This document shows positions 8,392 through 17,800 of a DNA stretch of 64,000 bases, piece by piece; positions within the stretch are counted from its first letter, which is position 1, and each line of letters starts with the position of its first letter. The notes below the pieces were generated by a model. It worked only from the letters and a program-made list of their open reading frames with translations, was not told where the DNA came from and did no database searches. The DNA is from Planctomycetota bacterium (GTDB lineage Bacteria; Planctomycetota; MHYJ01; WSZJ01). Both the position numbers and the translations under genes were made by a program. The stretch lies in assembly GCA_016190145.1 (NCBI GenBank), contig JACPRD010000189.1:64-64063 (forward strand), given 5' to 3'.

Positions 8392-8769
8392 TCAGCCGGT
8401 GCTGCGTTTGTAGCAGCGGAGATCGCGGTTGAGGTTCTCGGCTTCCAGGGAGGGCAGCCCGGTCATGAGCAAGGTGCCGGTCCCGCGGAAGTATCCCCGC
8501 GCGCCGGATGCGAACCCGAGGGCGGGAAGGAGGAAGGCGGGCGCGAGGAGGACGGACAGGGCCGCCCAGCGGCGGCGGCCGAGGGCGGAGTGGGCGACGT
8601 GCGCCGCGCCGATGCCGACGGCCCAGACGCTTCCGCAGAAGGGCGCGCAGAACACGGCGCCCCAGGCGACGAAGATCGGCCACATCCAGACGCGCGGGCG
8701 TTCCGCGCGATCCGTGTGTGTCACGACGCCGGCGAAGGGTTTTGAGGGATCGGGGGTGGCGGCGGGCAT
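8392..8769 (-). CDS. hypothetical membrane protein
   Basis: Internal ATG (MPAATPDP...) of ORF 8392..8952. Three hydrophobic helices. The ORF part upstream of that ATG lies in the repeat element. Confidence 0.5.
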   Translation of the reverse strand: MPAATPDPSKPFAGVVTHTDRAERPRVWMWPIFVAWGAVFCAPFCGSVWAVGIGAAHVAHSALGRRRWAALSVLLAPAFLLPALGFASGARGYFRGTGTLLMTGLPSLEAENLNRDLRCYKRSTG

Positions 8770-8811
8770 GGGGGGTATTCTAATGCATCGGGGGTGGGCG
8801 TGGTAACGGCA

Positions 8812-9021
8812 AGCCATAAGCGATAGGCCATAAGCCATAAGCGGCGCGCTGGAAGCCAGCCATAAGCCATAAGGCATAAGCGGCGCGCTTCGCGCGCCAC
8901 ATGAGGCGAAGCGGACTTCAGTGTTCCCGGGCCACCGTGTGTACGGGATCACTGAAGTCCCCTGCGACCGATGTGGCGCGCGAAGCGCGCCGCTTATGGC
9001 TTATGGCCTATGGCTTATGGC
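8812..9021. repeat. large composite palindromic element built from GCCATAA heptamers and GC hairpins
   Basis: Left arm GCCATAAGCCATAAGGCATAAGCGGCGCGCTTCGCGCGCCACAT and right arm ATGTGGCGCGCGAAGCGCGCCGCTTATGGCTTATGGCCTATGGCTTATGGC. A nested hairpin GGACTTCAGTG...CACTGAAGTCC sits in the centre, and an extra half-copy lies at 8812..8850. Confidence 0.7.
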
Positions 9022-9036
9022 TCTCCTGGCGCCTGG

Positions 9037-10038
9037 CTATACACCCACCGCAGCCACATGCACCACGGCCAGCCCCCGGTCGCGCCGAAACGCCTCCCCA
9101 TCCTCCAGACTCTCCACGACCACCCGCTTCACACGCCTCCCTTCCAGGATCCACCGGATCTGCTCGTGCACCCGCACGGGGCCCGCGTTGTGGCGGGCGG
9201 GGAGGCTCGGGGCGGCGGTGGGGAGGGCGAAGCGCTGGAGGTCGAGGTTGATGGAGCAGCCGGTCTCGTGACGCAGCGCGTCATAGAGCGGGACCAGGCG
9301 CGCGAAGTCGGCGTGGTACGCGCGCGACTCCACGACGTAGAGGTCGGTCGGGCGAAGCGCCCTGCGGATTTCGGACAGGTGGAGGACCGCGGCGCCGATG
9401 CTGCGGACGGGCAGCCCCGGAAGCCAGGCGCGGAGGAAGCGGTGGAGGAAGCCGTCGGAGGTGACGACGCGCAGGGCCCCGCGGAGGCCGTCGAGGAAGC
9501 GCGCGAGCCGTTCCGGGGGGACGGGCAGGCCGGCCTCGAGCGCGAACGCGATGTCGCGTCCGGAGTCCTCGGCGACGACGACGTGCGCGGGCCCGCCGAG
9601 GCGGAGGATGACCGAAGACAGCGTCGGGATGTCCGCGAGGAGTTTCTCCTCCGCGAGCAGCACAGTCTTCATGTGGACGAACGAGCGCTTTTCGGGAAGA
9701 GGCGGCGGTTCCGCGAGGTCGCGGGCCATCGCCGCGACGGGCGACTTGCCCGTCGCGGCCAGCTCGGCGCGCAGCCGGAGCGTCATCCCGACCGTGTCGA
9801 TGTTCTCCGGGCAGGCCGGTTCGCAGGAGCCGCACATGACGCAGGCGCTGACCGACTCGACCAGGTCCTCGGCCTTCGCTCCGCCCTGCAGCGCCTTCGC
9901 GCGCCCTTTCGGCGTCAGCCGGATGTCGCGCGTCTGCTGCCAGACCGGGCACGCGAGGGCGCAGACGTCGCAGCCGTTGCAGGTTTCGAAGCCGGGCCGT
10001 GAGGACAAGGGCGACTTCAGGAGCAACGGTTGGAGCAT
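9037..10038 (-). CDS. (Fe-S)-binding protein, GlcF-like N-terminus
   Basis: Two 4Fe-4S ferredoxin-type motifs (CNGCDVCALACP and CVMCGSCEPACP) at the N-terminus. Located downstream of an FAD-linked oxidase, as in glycolate-oxidase-like pairs. Confidence 0.7.
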   Translation of the reverse strand: MLQPLLLKSPLSSRPGFETCNGCDVCALACPVWQQTRDIRLTPKGRAKALQGGAKAEDLVESVSACVMCGSCEPACPENIDTVGMTLRLRAELAATGKSPVAAMARDLAEPPPLPEKRSFVHMKTVLLAEEKLLADIPTLSSVILRLGGPAHVVVAEDSGRDIAFALEAGLPVPPERLARFLDGLRGALRVVTSDGFLHRFLRAWLPGLPVRSIGAAVLHLSEIRRALRPTDLYVVESRAYHADFARLVPLYDALRHETGCSINLDLQRFALPTAAPSLPARHNAGPVRVHEQIRWILEGRRVKRVVVESLEDGEAFRRDRGLAVVHVAAVGV

Positions 10039-10065
10039 GGTCTCCGCATCTGCGCTGGGATCGTG

Positions 10066-10127
10066 CCTCGTTCCTCGTGACTCGTTCCGACAGTGTCCTC
10101 AGAACGAGAAACGAGTCACGAGGAACG
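10066..10127. repeat. CTCGTT-family inverted repeat hairpin between two co-oriented genes
   Basis: CCTCGTTCCTCGTGACTCGTTC ... GAACGAGAAACGAGTCACGAGGAACG, a stem of about 19 bp. Confidence 0.6.
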
Positions 10128-10136
10128 CCCTTCGCC

Positions 10137-11762
10137 CTAAAACACGACGTCGGGATTCAGGATCATCGCCGGATCGGCCTGGCGCTTGAACTCGAGCTGG
10201 CGGTCCACCACCGCGTCGCCGAACACGCGGCGGATGTATCCCTTCATCGACCCCCCGAACCGGTAGTAGCTCGTCCGCATCTCGACGCCCACGTCGTAAA
10301 TCGCGTTCTTGAAGGACTGCAGGTGGTCGCGGCTGTACTCGCCGGGCTCGAACATCGGCTCGAACTCGCAGCCGTAGGCCCAGTCGCGCGCGTCGGGAGG
10401 GATGCAGGACATCTCGTAGCGCGGCCGGTTCCCGGACAGGCGGATCGCCACGCAGTAGAGCGTGTAGTGCGCAAAGTACTTCCGCATCACCCGGTTGCCC
10501 CGCAGGATCGCTTCGATGAACTTCTCCTCGCTCGTCGCCAGGTCCGGGATCACCATCGTCCGGTTGCCCCAATGGCGCCACACGGCCCGCGAGAACACCA
10601 CCGTGCGGTCGAACATCTTCCCGTCGCGCAGGTGCTCGGGCCTCTCGAACTCCGGCAGCAGCAGCTTCTTCCGGCGGTACAGCCACAGCGCTTCCTCGAT
10701 CCGCCACGGCCGGAGCGCGTAGAACCCAGCGGCGCGCACCGCGAACTGCATCTCGGTGAGGCCGCGCAGCTTCGGACGGACGTTCGCGAAGAAGTCCTTC
10801 TCGCGCTCCTCGGAGTCGAACGCGAACAGGAGGTTGTTCGCGCGGTCCTTCATCGTGAGGATGCCCGAATAATCGGTCGCGTCGGAGCGGACGACGACGA
10901 TGAGGTCTTCCATGGCGGTTCTGAGGTCGTCATAGAAGAGGTAGTGCATGCGGCACGGTGTGTACGGCCGGACGCGCATGGTGGCTTCCGTGACGACGCC
11001 GAACTGGCCGTAGCCGAGGAGGACGCGCTCGAACAGCTCCGGATTGCGGTCTTCGGAGCACTCGACGATCTGCCCGGTCGGGGTCACGACTTCCATCGCG
11101 ACGCACTGGTCGGCGCTGCACCCGTGCCGGCAGGCGTTGACGTCGATTCCGCCCACCGCGAGCGTGCCGCCGACGGAGGACGTGAAGTTGAGCGGCGCCG
11201 AGATGTAATCGAGCCCCTGCCGGCGCAGCACCTCGGCCATGTCGTGCCAGAACATCCCGCCCTGGACGCGCGCGAGCATCTTCTCGCGGTCGACCCACAC
11301 CATCCGGCTCATGCCGGTCATGTCGAGCTGGAGCCCGCCGAACGCGACCGATTCGCCCTCGGTCGTGAGCCCGCCGCCGCGCGTCGTCACCGGCACGCGC
11401 CTCGCCTGCGCGGCGCTCAGCACCGCCGCCACCTGCTCCGCCGACCGCGCCGTTACCACCCCGTGCGGCATCCCGAACGCCAGCCCGCCCGCGTCCGTCA
11501 CGAACGCCGCCCGCGTGCCCTTCTCCTCCCGCACGTCCACGCCGGCGCGCGCCAGGTCGGACACGAAGGCGTCCCACGAAGCGCCGTTCCAGCGCGAAGG
11601 ATTGGTCTGGACGCGCGGGATGCCGACGAGCGAATCGGGACCGACGGGGTCCGGCGGGATGGTCCCGCGCGCCTGAGGCTCGACCGGCAGTTCCCTCCCG
11701 CCGTCGCGATGCGCGGTGGCGGCGGGAGCGGCCTGGCGGAGGGTGCGGGGATCGAGAAGCAT
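10137..11762 (-). CDS. FAD-binding oxidoreductase (FAD_binding_4 / PCMH type)
   Basis: 541 aa. FAD-binding core VTTRGGGLTTEGESV ... GGTLAVGGIDVNACRHG ... GYGQFGVVTEATMRV. Confidence 0.8.
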   Translation of the reverse strand: MLLDPRTLRQAAPAATAHRDGGRELPVEPQARGTIPPDPVGPDSLVGIPRVQTNPSRWNGASWDAFVSDLARAGVDVREEKGTRAAFVTDAGGLAFGMPHGVVTARSAEQVAAVLSAAQARRVPVTTRGGGLTTEGESVAFGGLQLDMTGMSRMVWVDREKMLARVQGGMFWHDMAEVLRRQGLDYISAPLNFTSSVGGTLAVGGIDVNACRHGCSADQCVAMEVVTPTGQIVECSEDRNPELFERVLLGYGQFGVVTEATMRVRPYTPCRMHYLFYDDLRTAMEDLIVVVRSDATDYSGILTMKDRANNLLFAFDSEEREKDFFANVRPKLRGLTEMQFAVRAAGFYALRPWRIEEALWLYRRKKLLLPEFERPEHLRDGKMFDRTVVFSRAVWRHWGNRTMVIPDLATSEEKFIEAILRGNRVMRKYFAHYTLYCVAIRLSGNRPRYEMSCIPPDARDWAYGCEFEPMFEPGEYSRDHLQSFKNAIYDVGVEMRTSYYRFGGSMKGYIRRVFGDAVVDRQLEFKRQADPAMILNPDVVF

Positions 11763-11877
11763 GAGGGCTCCGCATTACAGCAGCTTGGGGATGCCCGGAC
11801 AAGGGGGGCGAGTACGGTTCTTTTGGCGCGAGCCGCCGGGGCTGCTACGCTTCCCCCCCCCTGCAACGGAGGCACCG

Positions 11878-14800
11878 ATGGAACTGCACCAGCTCGAAGC
11901 GTTCGCCCTCGCCCGGGATCGCGCGAAGGCCCTCGAACAGCTCATTCCCGGGACGGACGAGTTCTATTTCCACCAGTGCCTCGTCCACGAGCAGAAGGGC
12001 GATCTCAAGGCGGTCGCCGACGTCATGAAGACATGGAACGACCGGTGCGGCGAAACCGCCCTCTTCCAGGAAATCCGGAACCGCCTGAACCTGCTCCGGT
12101 ACGAGGAGGCGCCGGCGGAGACGCTGGAGTACCTGCGCTATCACCTGGGGCTCGAGTTCAACCACGAGCGGGCCGTGGAAGGGCGGCGGACGAAGCTCCC
12201 TTCGAAGCTCGATCCACGGGCCGTGAGTCGTGACGCAGTGCGTCAACTCGGGCTGGCCCACAGCAATGGCAGCGACCTCGCGGGGTTCACGGACGCGGCG
12301 CTCGAGTGGCTGGCGGACGAATCGCACGACGGCCACCGCCTGCGGAGCCTTCTCGGGCGCCTCCGCCGGCCCGACGTCGCGAAACTGCCGGAAATGGTCG
12401 CCGCGGAGCTCAAGGACCGTCATACGAGCGGGTTCGGAGCCATCCCGATCCACAATCTCATGCTCCAGGAGCAGCTCGAGAAACTCCGGAAACTCGTGCC
12501 CGACCTCATCCAGAACGAAGCGTTCGTGTACGCCTGCCTTCTCAAGCTGCGCCCCGGTCCCGACGTGGACCTGCAGAACGACCCGGCGGAGCGCGAGAAG
12601 TACCTGGCGGCGCTGTGGGATTTCGTGAAGGGGCTCGCGCCGAAGTTCAACCCGCTGAAGGCGCACGTGCTCTACCACAGGCTCGACCACGACCGGCGGG
12701 CCGGGGCCATGGACCGGGTGCGATTCACCGAGTACCTGAAGCTCCCGCGGCAGGTCGGATACGCAAATGCCGAGTACCTGAAGCAGTTCAGGCGCGACGA
12801 TTCGCCGTTCGGGCTTGGGCAGGACTACCGGCACGTAACGCTTCAGGCCGCCGTGAACGACGACGAGGAGCTCGTGCGCCACTACCTGGGGACCTTCTTC
12901 GCGGGCGCGAAGGACTTCAAGCCGTTCGACACGTGGATCGACGCCGCGTTCCTGCGGGAGGTCTTCGCTTCGACGAAACTGCTCCAGGGAACCGGGGATC
13001 CGGGCGCCTGGACCGCGATGATCAACGATCCGGCGGCCTGCCAGGCGCTGAAGGAGCGGGTGGAGATCGGGTTCGCGCTCACGAACCGGACGTGGTTCGC
13101 GGCGGGCGATCCGGTGACGCTCGACGTGGACGTGAAGAACGTCCCGACGCTGGTCGTGAAGGTGTTCGAGATCAACGCGCTCAACTACTTCCTCGCGAAC
13201 GGCCGCGACGTGGACACGAGCATCGACCTCGACGGGCTGGTGGCGAGCGAGGAGCAGACGCACCGGTACGCGGAGGCCCCGATCCGGAGGGTGAGGCGGA
13301 CGTTCCCTTTCCCGGCGCTGGCCGCGCCCGGCGCTTACATCGTGGAGTTCATCGGCGGGGGAATCAGCTCGCGGGCGCTGGTCCGCAAAGGGCGGCTGCG
13401 GTTTCTCGAGCGGGCCGGATCGGCGGGCCACGTATTCACGGTGCTGGACGAGAACCGCGAGGTTCTCAGGGATGCGTCCGTCTGGCTGGGCGGGCGCGAG
13501 TACCGCGCGGAGGCCGACGGCTCGATCGCGGTCCCGTTCAGCACGCACCCGGGCCGGCAGACGGTCCTGCTCCGGCACGGGAACCTCACGACGCTCGAGG
13601 CGTTCGACCACCAGGCGGAAACCTACGCCCTGACCGCGGGCCTCTACGTCGACCGCGAGAGCCTTATCCGGAAACGTGAAGCGCAGGTCGTACTGCGCCC
13701 GACGCTTCAGGTGAACGGCGCACCCGCGAGCCTGTCGCTCCTCGAAGAGCCGGCGCTCGTCATCCAGTCCACCGACCGCGACGGAGTGAGCTCCAGCCTC
13801 GAGGTCCGCGACTTCAAGGTGCAGGAGGACGCCGAGTCCGTGCACGCGTTCCAGGTCCCCGAGAACCTCGCCTCTATCTCTTTCTCCTTCCGCGCGAGGG
13901 TCCAGAGCCTCTCGCAGAGCCGGAAGGTCGATCTCTCGGACGGAAGCGGCTTCCAGCTGAACGGCATCGACGCCGAAGCGACGATCGAGGATCTGCACCT
14001 GGCGCGGACGGCGGCCGGCTACGTCGTGACGCACTGCGGCAAGTCGGGCGAGCCGAAGGCGGGCACCGCGCTCGCCTTCAGCTTCCGGCACCGCGACATC
14101 ACGCCCGCGATCGACGTCACGCTCCAGACCGACGCGGAAGGCCGCGTCGAGCTCGGCCATCTCCGGGACATCCTGGAAATCACCGCTTCCACGCCCGCGG
14201 GCGTGACGGAGACCTGGACGCCGCCGCGCGACCGGTTCCGGGCGGAGCCGGCGGTGCACGTCCGGGCGGGGGAGGCGTTCCGGGTGCCGTTCATGGAAGA
14301 GGCGCCACTCGGGGGCGCCGGGTACCCGGACGCGCACGGGCGGGAGGCCGCGCCGGGGGCGGGGGTCGAGCACCGGGACGTCTCGCTGTTCGACCGGGTC
14401 GGCGACACCTTCGTGCGCGACCATTTCAAGGCGCTCGCGCGGAAGGACGGATACCTGGAGGTCGCCGGCCTTCCGGCGGGCGACTACGACCTGCTCCTCA
14501 AACGCGACGGCGTCGCCGTCACCGTCCGCGTGGCGCCCGGCGCGGACCGCGACGGGTGGGTGGCGGGGGAGAAGCGCCACCTCGAGCGGCACAACGCGAG
14601 GCCGCTTCAGATCGGCGACGTCACCGCCAGAAAGTCGGACGTCCGGATCTCGGTCGGCAACGCGCACGGCCGCGCGCGCGTGCACGTGTTCGGGACGAGG
14701 TTCGTGCCGGCGTATTCGTGTTTCGACGAGCTGGGCCGGGCGCCCGGGAGCGGCGCGAGGGCGGTGGAGGTCTGGAAGGCCGCCTCACATTACGTCTCCG

Positions 14801-17800
14801 GCCGCGACATCGGCGACGAGTACCGGTACATCCTGGAGCGGAAGCAGTCGGAGAAGTTCGCGGGGAACACGCTCGCGCGGCCGGGGCTGCTGCTCAACCC
14901 GTGGGCGATCCGGAGCACGGAGACGGCGACGCAGGAGGCCCAGGCGGGCGGGGCGTACGGCGCCTCGGCGCAGCCGGTGATGTCAGCGGCGGCGTGTGCG
15001 CCGCCCGAGCCCGGGATGCGGGAAGGCGCGGCGGGAGCGTTCGCGAACCTGGATTTCCTCGCGAACCCCGCGGCGGTGCTTCTCAACCTCAGGCCCGATG
15101 ACAAGGGCGTGGTGACGGTTCCGCGAGAGGCTTTCGCGCACGCGAACTCGCTTCGGATCGTGGCGATCGACGCTCTCAACACGGTCTGCCGGGACGTTCT
15201 CCTTCCGGAAGTCCGCACGCCGCACGAGGACCTGCGCCTCCGGCTCGCGCTCGACGCAGACCGGCACTTCAGCGAGAAAAAGCAGGTCTCCGTCCTCGCC
15301 CCCGCGCAGCCGCTCGAGATCGCCGATATCACGACATCGAAGACCGAGGTGTACGACACGCTCGCGCGGGTGTACCGCCTGTACGCGACGCTCTCGAACA
15401 ATCCGGAGCTGACGCAGTTCGGGTTCGTGCTCCGGTGGCCGGGGATGACGGAGGAAGAGAAGCGCGCGAAGTACAGCGAGTTCGCGTGCCACGAGCTGAG
15501 CTTTTTCCTGTCGCGCAAGGACCCCGAGTTCTTCCGGCGCGTGGTCCAGCCGTATCTGCGCAACAAGATGCACAAGACGTTCATGGACCGGTACCTGCTG
15601 GAAGGGGACCTTTCCGAGGACCGGCGCCCCTGGGCGTTCGGGAGGCTGAACATCGTCGAGCGCATCCTGCTCGCGCGGCGGATCGACGACGAGGGCGACC
15701 CGGTCGCGCGCCACGGCCGCGATCTCAACGACCTCCTGCCGCGCGACCTCGAGCGCGCGGAGCACCTGTTCGGGTCGGCGATCCTGGGAAGCGCTCTCGA
15801 GACCGGCGACAAGCTGGGGATCGCAGGCCAGGCGGCGAGCGTCGAGAAGTCGGCGCTGGCGCGCCTCGACGAATCGCTCCAGATGCCGATGGGCGCCGCG
15901 ATGGCGGCCCCGGCGTCGATGGCGCCCAAGGGCGGGCGCCGCAGCCCCGCGAAGGAGAGCCGGTCGAAGAAGATGAAATCCGAATCGCCGCGCGACGAGG
16001 AGGCCGATTCGTGCGTTTCGGAAGATATGGCGGAAATGCGCGGGGCGGGGATGGACGACTTCGATCGCGGCGAGAAGGACGCGCGCTCCCGCGGGAAGAT
16101 GCGCGCCTTCTACCAGAAGCTCGACAAGACCCAGGAGTGGGCCGAGAACAACTACTGGCATCTTCCGATCGAGCAGCAGGGTCCGGAACTGGTCACCATC
16201 AACCCCTTCTGGCGCGATTTCGCCGCCCATCGCGGCGGGGAGCCCTTCCTCTCCCCGAATCTCGCGCACGCCTCGCGGAGCTTCGCCGAGATGATGCTCG
16301 CGCTTGCGGTGCTGGATCTGCCGTTCGAGGCGGAGAAGCCGGCGGTGATGTTCGAGGGCGCCCGAATGAAGCTGGCCTGCGCGGCGCGCGCGGTCGCCTT
16401 CCACAAGGAGATCAAGCCCGTCGAGCCGGCGGCCGAGCGCGTGCCGATCCTGGTGAGCCAGAACTACTTCAGGGACGACGACCGGACGCGTTACGAAAAC
16501 GACGAGGAAGTCGACAAGTACGTCACGGGCGAATTCCTCGTGAACGTCGTTTACACCTGCCAGGTCGTGCTCACGAACCCGACGTCCACGAACCAGAAAC
16601 TGGACCTCCTGCTCCAGATCCCGACGGGCTCGATCCCGGTCCGGTGCGGCTTCGTCACGCGCGGGAGGCACGTCGAGCTGTCCTCCTATGCCACGGAATC
16701 GATCGAATACGCGTTCTACTTCCCGGCTCCCGGCACCTTCGCGCACTTCCCGGTCCACGTCGCGAAGAACGAGCAGCTGATCGCCTCCGCCGAGCCCGCG
16801 CGGCTCAAGGTCGTGCGCGAGCTCAGCGCCGTCGACAAGACGTCGTGGGCCTGGCTCTCGCAGAACGGCGACGAGAAGGACGTCCTCGCCTGGATGGAGA
16901 AGAACAACGTCGACCGCCTCGCCGCCCCGGACGGCGACGGCGAAGTCGGCCTCGAGCTCATCGCCTGGCGCGTGCGCGACCGCGGTTTCTACGGGAAGTG
17001 TCTCGCGCTGCTCGCCCGGCGGCACATCTACAACAACACGCTCTGGGCCTACAGCGTCCACCACAAGGACGTCGCGAACATCCGCGAGTTCCTCCTCCAC
17101 CAGGGTTCCTTCCTCGACCGCTGCGGCCTGTGGCTCAAGAGCCCGCTCGTGACCATCGACCCCGTCGCACGCCGCCGCTACCAGCACCTCGAGTACGCCC
17201 CGCTCGTGAACGCCCGCACCCACAAGCTCGGCGCGCGCCGGAAAATCCTCAACGACCGCTTCGGCCTTCGGTACGCCCAGTTCATGGGCGCCCTGCGCTA
17301 CCGCGCCCGCCTGTCGGACGCCGACCTCCTCGCCGTCACGTACGACCTCTTCCTCCAGGACCGCGTCGCCGAAGCCCTCGAATCGTTCGACCGGATCGAC
17401 GCGCGCAACCTCGAGACCTGGCTGCAGTACGACTACCTCAAGGTCTACGCCGAGTTCTTCCGGGAGAATGCCGCCGGCGCGCGCGAGATCGCGGAGCGCC
17501 ACAAGGACGAGCCCGTCGACCGCTGGCGCCATCATTTCCGCAACGCCCTCGCCCAGATCGACGAAATCGCCGGCGCCGCCGCGCAGGTCGTCGACGACAA
17601 GGACCGCGACCAGCGGCAGGCGAAACTCGCAGCGACGGAACCGGACTTCGACTTCACCGTCGAAAAGAAAACCGTCACGCTCAACGTCCAGAACCTCGCC
17701 GCCGTCCGCGTGAACTACTACCGGATGGACATCGAGCTCCTCTTCTCCCGCCAGCCCTTCGTCCAGCAGCAGTCCGACCAGTTCTCGTACATCCGGCCCA

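Noticed and set aside
5566-8745. Very long ORFs on the strand opposite to, or out of frame with, recognisable genes. Examples: 5566..8745 (+), 9999..12233 (+), 11845..14685 (-), 14983..18174 (-), 15435..18461 (+), 20029..23106 (+), 33084..35063 (-), 54038..56959 (+).
   Set aside because: Their translations are Arg/Pro/Gly/Ala-rich low-complexity sequence. They overlap genes with clear family motifs and are the expected stop-codon-poor shadow frames of a GC-rich genome.
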